Position numbers and translations under genes: made by a program | The notes under the pieces: model-generated | Told to the model about the DNA's origin: nothing | What the model saw: the letters and a program-made list of their open reading frames with translations, nothing else | Databases searched by the model: none | Source: Geopsychrobacteraceae bacterium | GTDB taxonomy: Bacteria > Desulfobacterota > Desulfuromonadia > Desulfuromonadales > Geopsychrobacteraceae | Assembly: GCA_963662315.1 (NCBI GenBank) | Contig: OY759353.1 | Location: 3,488,001-3,552,000, forward strand | Direction: 5' to 3' | DNA: 64,000 nt | Shown here: piece after piece, positions 30,902-40,492 of the stretch | Position numbering within the stretch: the first letter of the stretch is position 1 | Layout: every line of letters begins with the position of its first letter

Positions 30902-31660
30902 ATGTTAAATCTCATCGATACCCATATCCATCTTGATGCCCCCGAACTTGAAGGACATGGACCACTATTGTTGCCTGCTGCCCGGCAGGTTGGCATCGGT
31001 GCGTTTATCATTCCCGGGGTCCGGGTATCCGGCTGGCCGGGGATGGTGGCATTAGCGACGCACCATGCTGGGGTCTTTGCCGCTCCCGGGTTGCATCCTG
31101 CTTATGCGGACCAGTGGAACAGTTCTGCGGCAGCACAGCTGTGTGAGCTAGCGGCAGATCCACGGGTTGTTGCTATTGGTGAGATTGGCCTGGATGGGGC
31201 CGTTGGACCCGATCTGGATTTTCAGGAGCAGGTCCTGCGGGAACAACTGGACATTGCGGTCGCGGCCAAGTTGCCGGTGTTGCTTCATGCACGCAAGGCG
31301 ACGGGACGCTTGTTCAATATTTTAAAGGAGCTTCAGATCGGTAAACAGGTGGGTGGTATCTGGCATGGCTTTTCCGGTAGCCTGGAATTGGCTGAACAGT
31401 TGGTCTCAGCGGGTTTTCTATTGGGTATTGGCCCGATTCTGCTGCGTGACAATGCCCGCAAGCTCCCTGCTGTTGTCAAAGCTATACCACTGAGTGCGCT
31501 GGTTTTGGAAACTGATCTTCCCGATATGGCGGAACAACCTGATTGTTTGCTGGCCGTTGCTGGCCGGATCGCTGAATTGCGGGGGGAACCTTTAGCCCAT
31601 GTCACAGTGGCAACAACAGCCAATGTTGAAAACCTATTCGGATGTTTGAACTATGACTGA
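30902..31660 (+). CDS. tatD: TatD-family hydrolase/nuclease
   Basis: DTHIH, GLHP, AIGEIGLD, HARKA, HGFSGS, LETD. Confidence 0.9.
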   Translation: MLNLIDTHIHLDAPELEGHGPLLLPAARQVGIGAFIIPGVRVSGWPGMVALATHHAGVFAAPGLHPAYADQWNSSAAAQLCELAADPRVVAIGEIGLDGAVGPDLDFQEQVLREQLDIAVAAKLPVLLHARKATGRLFNILKELQIGKQVGGIWHGFSGSLELAEQLVSAGFLLGIGPILLRDNARKLPAVVKAIPLSALVLETDLPDMAEQPDCLLAVAGRIAELRGEPLAHVTVATTANVENLFGCLNYD

Positions 31661-32369
31661 GATGAATCGTCTAACACGTATGGAGCGCCTGGTCGGCGCT
31701 GATGGCATTAAGCGTTTGCAGCAGGCTTCGGTCGCGGTATTTGGTGTCGGTGGCGTCGGCAGCTATGCGGTCGAAGCGTTAACCCGGGCTGGAGTCGGGC
31801 GTTTGACCCTGATCGATTTTGATACTGTCTGTGTTACCAATATCAACCGTCAGATTCATGCGACGACACAGACAGTCGGACAGGTCAAGGTTGAGGCGAT
31901 GGCAGAGCGCTGCCGGCTGATCAACCCTGATGCCGAGATCATTACCCACCATGCACGCTACGATGCCGAGTCTTCAGCACACCTTCTTGCTGAAGATTAT
32001 GATTATGTGCTCGACTGTATTGATAACATTACCTCTAAAATACACCTGATTCAGACCTGTTATCAGCGCCAGTTGCCGATCATTTCGGCCATGGGCGCGG
32101 CCAATAAACTCGATCCAACCCAAATTGAAGTGAGTGATATCTCCCTCACCGAAAAGTGCCGCCTGGCCCGGACCATGCGCAAGGAATTGCGCAAAAGGGG
32201 GATCGTCAAGGGGATCACAGTTGTTTACTCAACCGAGGAATTCCGCCCCCTAACCGGGCCGGATGCCCATGAACGTAAACCGCTGCTCGGCAGCTCTTCG
32301 TATATTCCACCAATCTTTGGCCTGACCATGGCCGGTGAAGTGATACAGACCTTAATCGGAGAAAAATAA
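31653..32369 (+). CDS. tcdA: tRNA threonylcarbamoyladenosine dehydratase
   Basis: GVGGVGS, TNINRQ, DCID, SAMGAANKLDP, VVYSTE. Confidence 0.9.
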   Translation: MTEMNRLTRMERLVGADGIKRLQQASVAVFGVGGVGSYAVEALTRAGVGRLTLIDFDTVCVTNINRQIHATTQTVGQVKVEAMAERCRLINPDAEIITHHARYDAESSAHLLAEDYDYVLDCIDNITSKIHLIQTCYQRQLPIISAMGAANKLDPTQIEVSDISLTEKCRLARTMRKELRKRGIVKGITVVYSTEEFRPLTGPDAHERKPLLGSSSYIPPIFGLTMAGEVIQTLIGEK

Positions 32370-32371
32370 TC

Positions 32372-33127
32372 ATGGATGCTTATAGCTGGCAGTTGCCGGT
32401 ACTGTTCCTCGTCGGGATAGTTGCAGGAATCTTGAATGTTTTGGCTGGCGGTGGTTCGCTGCTGACCTTGCCACTGTTGATCTTCATGGGCTTACCGAGT
32501 GCGGTTGCAAACGGCACTAACCGCATCGCTATTCTGTTTCAAAATTGCTTTGCTATCCGTGGTTTTCGCAAGCGGGGAGTCATGCCCTTTGATCTGGCTT
32601 TACTCTGTACCCCGCCGGCACTGATCGGGAGTTGGGTCGGGGCCAATTTTGCGGTCAGCCTGGATGACCAGATGTTTAATCGCATACTGGCTTTGATAAT
32701 GTTTGGGGTCATGGCGTTTACTGCTGTTGACCCGATGAAACGTTTCCGTCGTGATGACGTGACTTTCAGCTTCAGGCGTAAGGTTGCCCTGGTGATCACC
32801 TTCTTTGGCGTTGGGGTTTATGGTGGTTTTGTCCAGGCCGGCGTAGGGTTTCTGATCATTACCGCTTTGCTTGTTCATGGTCTTGATCTGGTACGGATTA
32901 ATGCAATAAAAGTGTTTGTCGTTTTTGTCTATACTTTTGTTGCGCTGTGGGTTTTTGTCTCGTATGGACAAATCGATTATGTGCTGGGGGTTTCTCTGGC
33001 CGCAGGCAACTCTATTGGTGGTGCGATCGCGCCACGGCTGGCGGTTGCCAAAGGGCATGACTGGATTAAAAAAGTTGTTACTGTAACAGTACTGGTTTTT
33101 GCCCTTAAATTATTGATTTTCCCATGA
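32372..33127 (+). CDS. TauE/SafE-family (sulfite exporter-like) membrane protein
   Basis: AGGGSLLTLP, ANGTNR, YGGFVQAGVG. Confidence 0.88.
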   Translation: MDAYSWQLPVLFLVGIVAGILNVLAGGGSLLTLPLLIFMGLPSAVANGTNRIAILFQNCFAIRGFRKRGVMPFDLALLCTPPALIGSWVGANFAVSLDDQMFNRILALIMFGVMAFTAVDPMKRFRRDDVTFSFRRKVALVITFFGVGVYGGFVQAGVGFLIITALLVHGLDLVRINAIKVFVVFVYTFVALWVFVSYGQIDYVLGVSLAAGNSIGGAIAPRLAVAKGHDWIKKVVTVTVLVFALKLLIFP

Positions 33128-33254
33128 AAAGGTAGCTGATTGTTGACTGATTGGAGATCCGGACGTTATTATGACTCAGAGCCTTCTTAGGAGGGCCTTT
33201 TATTTGTCTGAAGTATGTGTATTACAAAATGACAGCAAACTGTCGGAGAAAAAA

Positions 33255-33779
33255 ATGGCATTAAGAAGAATATTGCATTATCCGGAGCCGGTGCTTAAAG
33301 AAAAGTCCCTTCCGGTAACCGAATTCAATGATGAACTCAAACAGTTGGCAGCTGATATGGTCGAAACCATGTACGACGCTCCGGGCGTCGGACTTGCTGC
33401 TCCTCAGGTTGGTGAACTCAAACGTCTGATTATTCTCGATTGTTCAGCCAAGGAAGAGGAAAATGACCTGATTGTGGCGGTTAATCCGGAAATTATTGCC
33501 AGCAGCGGTGATTCCCTTGAAGAGGAAGGTTGTCTGTCGGTACCCGGTTTTTACGCCAGTGTCAAACGCTTCAGTGAAGTGACCATGCGCTATCAAGACA
33601 CCGATGGCAATACTCATGAGCGGCAGGCCACCGGTTTGCTGGCGATTGGTATTCAGCATGAACTTGACCACCTTGAGGGAGTCCTGTTTGTTGATCGTCT
33701 GTCACCTTTGAAACGTTCAATGTTTAAAAAGAAATATCTTAAAATGCTGAAAGAGCAGGAAGCAGAGAATGACGCCTGA
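33255..33779 (+). CDS. def: Peptide deformylase
   Basis: GVGLAAPQ, EGCLS, QHELDHL; start ATG 33255. Confidence 0.97.
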   Translation: MALRRILHYPEPVLKEKSLPVTEFNDELKQLAADMVETMYDAPGVGLAAPQVGELKRLIILDCSAKEEENDLIVAVNPEIIASSGDSLEEEGCLSVPGFYASVKRFSEVTMRYQDTDGNTHERQATGLLAIGIQHELDHLEGVLFVDRLSPLKRSMFKKKYLKMLKEQEAENDA

Positions 33780-34707
33780 AAATATCAGAACAGTTTTTAT
33801 GGGGACACCAGAGTTTGCCTTGTCAACGCTTGAGGGGCTGATCGAAGCTGGTTGCAATATGGTTGGTGTTTACACCCAGCCGGACCGTCCCAAAGGGCGG
33901 GGCAAGAAACTGGCGGCATCGCCGGTTAAAGAGCTTGCTCTTAAGCATGATATTCCGGTTTTCCAACCGCTGAAACTGCGTAACCCAGAGGCTGTCGCCG
34001 AACTTGAGACACTTAAGCCCGACCTGATTGTTGTTGTTGCCTACGGTCAGATCCTGCCGAAAGCGGTTCTGGATATTCCCAAGTATCACTGCATCAATGT
34101 TCACGCTTCGTTGCTGCCCAAGTACCGTGGTGCAGCGCCGATCAATAAGGTGATTGTCGACGGCGAAAAAGAGACCGGCGTCACCACCATGCTAATGGAT
34201 GTCGGTCTTGATACCGGCGACATGCTGGTTAAGCGTAGTCTGGAGATCGGCCCCAACGAAACGGCCGGTGAGCTGCATGATCGCCTCGCTGTGATCGGTC
34301 GTGACGCTATGGATGAAACCTTGCGTCAACTCTGTGCTGGCACTCTGACTCCGGAAAAACAGGATGATTCTTTAAGCTGTTATGCCGGAATGATGAAAAA
34401 AGAGGACGGACTGATCGACTGGGCGCAGGATGCCCAGGTTGTCCATAACCAGGTGCGTGGCCTTGATCCCTGGCCGGGAGCTTATACCTATCTGGATGGT
34501 GATGTGCTGAAAATTGCCGCGACCAGTGTAGCGGAGGGGGAAGGTGCAGCGGGAACTGTTGTTGGCGCCGACAAAACCGGCGTGCGCATTGCCTGCGGTC
34601 AGGGGGTTCTGGTCATTGATGGCTTGCAGCTTCCCGGGAAAAAGCGTCTAAGCGCAGCGAATTTTCTAAGTGGTCGACCGCTGCCTGTCGGAACCAAGCT
34701 CGGTTGA
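33769..34707 (+). CDS. fmt: Methionyl-tRNA formyltransferase
   Basis: FMGTPEF, TQPDRP, NVHASLLPKYRGAAPI. Confidence 0.97.
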   Translation: MTPENIRTVFMGTPEFALSTLEGLIEAGCNMVGVYTQPDRPKGRGKKLAASPVKELALKHDIPVFQPLKLRNPEAVAELETLKPDLIVVVAYGQILPKAVLDIPKYHCINVHASLLPKYRGAAPINKVIVDGEKETGVTTMLMDVGLDTGDMLVKRSLEIGPNETAGELHDRLAVIGRDAMDETLRQLCAGTLTPEKQDDSLSCYAGMMKKEDGLIDWAQDAQVVHNQVRGLDPWPGAYTYLDGDVLKIAATSVAEGEGAAGTVVGADKTGVRIACGQGVLVIDGLQLPGKKRLSAANFLSGRPLPVGTKLG

Positions 34708-34734
34708 TTGCGTTTTACAGAAGGAAATAAAACA

Positions 34735-35565
34735 ATGAATACCATGCGTACCGTGATGTTAATGACCTTGTTGACCCTGGTGCTGGTTGCTGCCGGGGGG
34801 GCTATTGGTGGTCAGGGCGGTGCTCTTTTTGCCCTGATCATGGCTGCTGTTATGAACCTTGGCAGCTATTGGTTTTCGGACAAGATTGTCGTCAAAATGT
34901 ATCGTGGCCAGGAAGTTCAGAGCGGGACCTTGTACGAAGTTGTCAGTGAGCTGTGTCTGCGCAACAATCTGACCATGCCTAAAGTCTATGTTTTACCCCA
35001 GTCTACCCCGAATGCCTTTGCGACCGGACGTAACCCTGCTCATGCTGTGGTCGCTGCGACTCAGGGGATTGTGCAGATTTTAAGTCGTGATGAGCTCAAA
35101 GGTGTTATGGCCCACGAGCTGGCCCACGTGCAGAATCGCGATATCCTGATCGGTTCTATTGCAGCCACTTTTGCCGGTGCCATCAGTTATTTGGCTCATA
35201 TGGCCCAGTGGGCATTGATTTTCGGCGGAGGCCGAGATGATGAAGATAATAACCCTCTGGCTATGATCGGCATGATGATTTTGGCTCCGATTGCGGCGAT
35301 GCTGGTGCAGATGGCGATTTCACGCTCGCGTGAATATGGTGCCGATGAGACCGGAGCGAAACTGTGTGGACAGCCCCATGCTTTGGCCAGTGCGTTACGC
35401 AAGCTGGAAATGTCCAATCAGAGGGCTCCAATGAATAATATCAATGAGGCAACGGCTCACATGTTTATTGTTAATCCGTTATCGGGTAACAAGATGGCGA
35501 GCCTGTTTTCAACCCATCCACCGATGGAAGAGCGCATCAGGCGCCTGGAAGGGATGCGGATCTAA
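34735..35565 (+). CDS. htpX: Zinc metalloprotease HtpX
   Basis: PNAFATG, HELAH, SRSREY.AD, FSTHP. Confidence 0.95.
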   Translation: MNTMRTVMLMTLLTLVLVAAGGAIGGQGGALFALIMAAVMNLGSYWFSDKIVVKMYRGQEVQSGTLYEVVSELCLRNNLTMPKVYVLPQSTPNAFATGRNPAHAVVAATQGIVQILSRDELKGVMAHELAHVQNRDILIGSIAATFAGAISYLAHMAQWALIFGGGRDDEDNNPLAMIGMMILAPIAAMLVQMAISRSREYGADETGAKLCGQPHALASALRKLEMSNQRAPMNNINEATAHMFIVNPLSGNKMASLFSTHPPMEERIRRLEGMRI

Positions 35566-35567
35566 CT

Positions 35568-36926
35568 TTGTTTACTCCTGCTGATGCCAGCCCGCGGCGG
35601 CTGGCCTATGATATTTTAGAAAGGGTTGCCGAAGGTGCCTATGCAGATATGGTGCTTGACGCAGCCCTTAGTCGTTCGGTTTTGGATGAGCGTGACCGCC
35701 GTCTGGTGACGGAGTTGGTCTATGGTGTCCTGCGTTTGCGTGGGCGGCTTGATTTTGCTCTGTCGCCATTTTGCAGCCGTCCTTTGCAGCGCCTGCAGCC
35801 AGGAATTTTGTGGCTGCTGCGCCTGGGAGCTTACCAACTGCTCGAGCTTGATCGGGTTCCGTCCCATGCCGCCGTCAGTGCAACTGTAGATCTGGCGCGG
35901 GAGGTCGGCTTTGACAAGGCGACCGGATTGATAAACGGTGTCCTGCGCGCTTTGAATCGTGGTCAGGATGAGATTCCATGGCCGCCCCCTGAGCAGATCA
36001 AACTCTATCTGCAGCATGTTTGCAGCATGCCGGTGTGGCTCACCAAAGAGCTGATGCGGCAGTTGCCAAATGCCGAGGCGCGGGCTTTTGCCGAGAGTCT
36101 GGCGACTCCGGCACCACTCACTTTGCGGGTCAATACCCTGAAAACCGATCCCGAAAGCTTTGCTGCGGCTATGAGTGCGGCTGGTCACCAGCTGCGTCCC
36201 GGGACTTATGTTCCTGAGGTCTTTGTGCTCGAACAACGTGGTGAAAATCCCTTCCCCGGTAATCAGGAAGGCTGGTATCAGGTCCAGGATGAAGCCAGCA
36301 GTTTGATTGCCCACTTGGTCGATGCTCAGCCAGGGCAACGGATTCTGGATGCCTGTGCGGCTCCTGGCGGGAAAACGACGGCGATGGCGGCTTTGACCAA
36401 TAACCAGGCTGAGATTATCGCTCTCGATAAGTACCCTCAGCGGGTTGACCTGATCAAACAAGGGTGTGAGCGCCTTGGCTGTACCACGGTTACTGCTCAG
36501 CAATGTGACCTTACCGTGGTCCCCGATTTTCTCGCAGCGGAAAGTTTTGACCGAGTTCTGCTTGACGCTCCCTGCAGCGGTCTTGGGGTGCTGCGTCGCA
36601 ACCCGGAGGGGCGCTGGAATAAGGGGCCGGCAAACATCAAAGAGCTTGCGGTCCTGCAACAGGAGTTGCTGGCCAACATTGCTCCCCTGGTTAAGCCGGG
36701 CGGCAAGCTGCTCTATTCCCTGTGTACCTTCAGTTACGGGGAAAGCGATGCTGTGGTTGAGGCTTTCCTGGAAGGTCACCCGCAGTTCGAGCTGGAGGAT
36801 TTGCGCGAAAGCTATCCTCATTGGACAGAGTTGATGACGGAACGGGGGCTGTTACGGACATATCCTCATCGCCACCACGGGATAGATGCTTTTTTTGCCG
36901 CGCGTTTCAGGCGCCGGGAAAAGTAA
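35568..36926 (+). CDS. rsmB: 16S rRNA m5C967 methyltransferase
   Basis: NusB-like N-terminus, QDEAS, DACAAPGGKT, DAPCSG. Confidence 0.95.
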   Translation: MFTPADASPRRLAYDILERVAEGAYADMVLDAALSRSVLDERDRRLVTELVYGVLRLRGRLDFALSPFCSRPLQRLQPGILWLLRLGAYQLLELDRVPSHAAVSATVDLAREVGFDKATGLINGVLRALNRGQDEIPWPPPEQIKLYLQHVCSMPVWLTKELMRQLPNAEARAFAESLATPAPLTLRVNTLKTDPESFAAAMSAAGHQLRPGTYVPEVFVLEQRGENPFPGNQEGWYQVQDEASSLIAHLVDAQPGQRILDACAAPGGKTTAMAALTNNQAEIIALDKYPQRVDLIKQGCERLGCTTVTAQQCDLTVVPDFLAAESFDRVLLDAPCSGLGVLRRNPEGRWNKGPANIKELAVLQQELLANIAPLVKPGGKLLYSLCTFSYGESDAVVEAFLEGHPQFELEDLRESYPHWTELMTERGLLRTYPHRHHGIDAFFAARFRRREK

Positions 36927-36971
36927 TTTTAGATTTTGAACGCTTTTTAAACATAGGAATGGAAAATTCTG

Positions 36972-37637
36972 ATGATGAAAATTGCCCCTTCTATCCTCTC
37001 CGCCGATTTTGCTCGTCTTGGTGAAGAGATTCAAGCCATCGAAAAAGGTGGTGCAGACTATGTTCATATTGATGTCATGGATGGCCACTTTGTTCCCAAT
37101 ATCACCATCGGACCATTGGTCGTTGATGCTATCAGGCCGGTTACAACCCTGCCTCTTGATGTTCACCTGATGATTGAAAATCCGGGACAGTATATTCCCG
37201 AGTTTGCTAAAGCCGGTGCCGATATCATTGTTGTTCATGCCGAAGCGGATCGCCATCTGCACCGTACAGTCCAGCTGATCAAGTCCTTGGGTAAAAAGGC
37301 TGGCGTATCGCTTAATCCGGCCACGTCCTTAAGTGCACTTGATATGATCCTGCCTGATCTGGATCTGGTGCTGCTGATGACGGTCAATCCTGGTTTTGGC
37401 GGCCAATCCTTTATCCCGTCCTGTCTGCCCAAGATCAAACAGCTCAGGGAGCGGATTGTCAGTTTGAGGTTAGATATCGAGCTGGAGGTTGACGGCGGTG
37501 TAAAGGTTGATAATATTGCTGAGGTCGCTGCCGCCGGAGCTGATGTATTTGTTGCCGGGAGTGCTGTATTTAACAGCCCTGACTATGCGGAAACGATTTC
37601 TCAACTAAAAGACAACGCCCAAAGGGCATGCCTGTAA
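36972..37637 (+). CDS. rpe: Ribulose-phosphate 3-epimerase
   Basis: [31 protein letters not shown]. Confidence 0.97.
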   Translation: MMKIAPSILSADFARLGEEIQAIEKGGADYVHIDVMDGHFVPNITIGPLVVDAIRPVTTLPLDVHLMIENPGQYIPEFAKAGADIIVVHAEADRHLHRTVQLIKSLGKKAGVSLNPATSLSALDMILPDLDLVLLMTVNPGFGGQSFIPSCLPKIKQLRERIVSLRLDIELEVDGGVKVDNIAEVAAAGADVFVAGSAVFNSPDYAETISQLKDNAQRACL

Positions 37638-37658
37638 TTTCATGAGGGGGGAGGGTTC

Positions 37659-38075
37659 ATGCTGCTGCGAATTGTTCTGCTGGTATTATTACTGTTGAGC
37701 GGGGGGTGCTTTAAAACTCCACAGCTTGGGCCTGACCTGCCGGAACTGACTGATGATTTTCGTGAAGCGATGCGCTGGAAAGATTTCACAACAGCTGCCG
37801 GCTATATGACTCCCGAAGTGCGGGATGATTTTAATCTGAAGTTTACTGAAGATAAAGATCTGTACGTTGTCGGCAGTAAATTCCGCAGTGTCACTATGCA
37901 TGTTGATGAGCAATGGGCTGAAGCCCTTTATGTTCTCGAATACTACCGGCTTCCTTCATCACGTATTAAGGAATGGCACTGGACTCAGCGCTGGAAAATC
38001 GTCAGCGATGGTGGCGTCACCCACGCAGATGTTTGGCAGATCAGTGAGATGGCGCCGCCGGTACCCTGGAAATAG
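37659..38075 (+). CDS. Conserved hypothetical lipoprotein
   Basis: Hydrophobic signal ending LSGGC; AMRW motif. Confidence 0.7.
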   Translation: MLLRIVLLVLLLLSGGCFKTPQLGPDLPELTDDFREAMRWKDFTTAAGYMTPEVRDDFNLKFTEDKDLYVVGSKFRSVTMHVDEQWAEALYVLEYYRLPSSRIKEWHWTQRWKIVSDGGVTHADVWQISEMAPPVPWK

Positions 38076-38215
38076 TGGGTATTTGTTCGAAAATGACCGA
38101 TACTGTCTTCAGGTTAATCGATGCCCCTGATGAATAGCTTCTGCCGCGCGTCCAATAACCTGTTTTTGCTAGATTTTCCCCATCTTTGTCGGGTGTGTCC
38201 CAGGAAAAAATAGCC

Positions 38216-38263
38216 TTGATTTAGTAACGCTGTTTGTGGTATCAAGCTGCATACTGTATACGA
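38216..38263 (+). promoter_or_regulatory. Putative sfrB promoter with overlapping HgtR-like repressor site
   Basis: TTGATT, then TG-G-TATCAA, then TGCATACTGTATACGA at 38248-38263. Confidence 0.55.
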
Positions 38264-38363
38264 TTCTCATGTCTGAAAACCTTCAGATTATCTGTTGAAC
38301 TTCCGCATATTAAGCTTTGGTTCCTTCGCTTTGAAGGTTCTGGGCAGGTCATAGGAGGCAGGT

Positions 38364-40391
38364 TTGTCACAGGTTTCATTTTCCAGTTGGGGACGACAGG
38401 TTGTCGATAATCGCCAGGGGGGGGACGCTCCTGTAGAAGTCGCCAGTAAAAAACTGCCGGTAACTTTTGACGGTGAAAAACAAATTGCGGCTTTTATGGG
38501 TTGGGATGGCATCATCATCAACGACCCTGGGGTTGATGTTGTGGCAATGGCTGCCGAATACGCCCGTCGCGTTCAGGAAGATTACTGCTGTGCCAAGTGT
38601 TCCCCCGGCAAAAAGGGGACACGGGTCATGCAGGATACTCTGGCACGTATTGTCAATGGTGAAGGAACTGAATCCGACCTGGATACCATAGAGAATGTTG
38701 CCGACCTGCTGCAGAACTGCAAGTGTACCCTGTGCCAAACTTCGGCTACGCCAATCGTCGACAGTGTCCGACACTACCGGGCAGAGTTCCTGGCCTACAT
38801 CAACAACGCTGAAAAAACCGTAAAGAAAAGCGTTGATTACAAAATCAAGTTGACCGCTCCCTGTCAGGATAAATGCCCGGCTCATATTGATATTCCGGCT
38901 TATATCGAAGCGATCAAAAATCGACGTTTTGATGAATCCTTAGCCGTTATCCGGGAAAGTATGCCGCTCCCGGCAGTGTGTGGCCGTGTTTGTCCGCATC
39001 CTTGTGAAACCGCCTGTCGTCGTGCCAATGTCGATGAGCCGATCAATATCATGGTGTTGAAAAGGACCGCTTCCGATTACGAGTGGCAGCATCACCACCA
39101 ACCCCCCATGCAGCCTAAGCCTAAAAAAGATAAAACCATAGCGATTGTCGGCGCCGGACCTGCGGGATTGGCTGCTGCCTACTATCTGGCCATGGAGGGG
39201 TTCCCCTGTACCATTTATGAAGCACTTCCGGAAGGTTTTGGCGGCGGTATGATTGCTGTCGGGATCCCGGCCTACCGTATGCCACGCCATATTCTTCAGC
39301 GTGATATCGACATCATCTGTTCTCTGGGTGTTGACATTGTCTATAATACCCGGGTTGGTACCGATATCAGCCTGATGGAGCTTAAAGACAAGTTTGATGC
39401 GGTGCTGGTTGCCCCCGGTGCCCATAAATCGAAACCGATGGGTGTTGAAGGCGAAGACGAGGGTTACAGTGGTTTCCTGGCCGGAGGGATTGAGTTTCTG
39501 CGTGATGCCTACATGGGCAAACCAACCGGTATGGGGAAAAAGGTCTGCGTTGTTGGCGGTGGCAACACGGCTATAGACTGTGTCCGTGTTGCTCTGCGCG
39601 AAGGTGCGGAACAATCGGTACTGCTCTATCGCCGGACCCGCAACGAAATGCCGGCCGATACCTGGGAAATTGACGGTGCCGACGAGGAAGGCGTTCAGTT
39701 TGAATTTTTGGTGCTGCCGAAAAAGATCATCGTTGATGATAAGCGGCAGGTCACCGGTGTTGAGTGTGTGCGTATGGAACTGGGCGAGCCGGATGATTCA
39801 GGGCGACGGCGTCCGCAGCCGATTCCGGGTAGCGAGTTTATCGTTGAATGTGACACACTCATTCCGGCTATCGGCCAGGATCCGGATCTGTCATTTATCA
39901 ATGAAGAGAGCGGCATCGGAATCACCCGCTGGAAAACCGTGATTACCAAATTTGTTCCCCTTAAAAACGCTGTGGGGCGTGATCTGAACGATGTCATGGG
40001 TAATCCGTTGTCACGGACCCTGATGACTGATCTTGACGGGGTGTTTGCCTCCGGCGATGCTGAAATCGGCCCGCTTACTGTCGTTGCCTGTGTTGGAAAT
40101 GCTCACCGTGCTGCGCGGGTCATTCAGCGCTGGCTGGAAGAGGGGGAAGCTTATCTGACCGATGAAGATTTCCATGAGGATATTCTGACCCATATGGGTG
40201 TTTATGATAAGAACGAAGAGGTGCCCTGGCTCGATGCCGTAGAACGTTTTAATCAGAAAGAGGTTCATGGCAAACAACGCGCCAGCAAAGGGAATTATAA
40301 CGAGGTCGAGCTTGGTTTCAGCGATAGTGATGCCGTAACGGAAGCGGAGCGTTGCCTGCGCTGTTATCGGGTGTCGATGATTGCTGTTTGA
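38364..40391 (+). CDS. sfrB: NADPH oxidoreductase SfrAB beta subunit (GltD-like)
   Basis: N-terminal FSSWGR..VDNR..AAFMGWDG, CCAKCSPGKKG, CGRVCPHPCE, GAGPAG, GGGNTAID; matches my recollection of Geobacter SfrB. Confidence 0.9.
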   Translation: MSQVSFSSWGRQVVDNRQGGDAPVEVASKKLPVTFDGEKQIAAFMGWDGIIINDPGVDVVAMAAEYARRVQEDYCCAKCSPGKKGTRVMQDTLARIVNGEGTESDLDTIENVADLLQNCKCTLCQTSATPIVDSVRHYRAEFLAYINNAEKTVKKSVDYKIKLTAPCQDKCPAHIDIPAYIEAIKNRRFDESLAVIRESMPLPAVCGRVCPHPCETACRRANVDEPINIMVLKRTASDYEWQHHHQPPMQPKPKKDKTIAIVGAGPAGLAAAYYLAMEGFPCTIYEALPEGFGGGMIAVGIPAYRMPRHILQRDIDIICSLGVDIVYNTRVGTDISLMELKDKFDAVLVAPGAHKSKPMGVEGEDEGYSGFLAGGIEFLRDAYMGKPTGMGKKVCVVGGGNTAIDCVRVALREGAEQSVLLYRRTRNEMPADTWEIDGADEEGVQFEFLVLPKKIIVDDKRQVTGVECVRMELGEPDDSGRRRPQPIPGSEFIVECDTLIPAIGQDPDLSFINEESGIGITRWKTVITKFVPLKNAVGRDLNDVMGNPLSRTLMTDLDGVFASGDAEIGPLTVVACVGNAHRAARVIQRWLEEGEAYLTDEDFHEDILTHMGVYDKNEEVPWLDAVERFNQKEVHGKQRASKGNYNEVELGFSDSDAVTEAERCLRCYRVSMIAV

Positions 40392-40492
40392 CAATCAATT
40401 TACAGTCTGGAAACTGGCTTGTAGTGGTTACTGATTATAAATTGATATCACATAAGGTTGTATTTGCAGCCGGGATCTGAGGTGAGAGGATA

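Noticed and set aside
35616..36821. 401-aa minus-strand ORF
   Set aside because: Antisense shadow of rsmB
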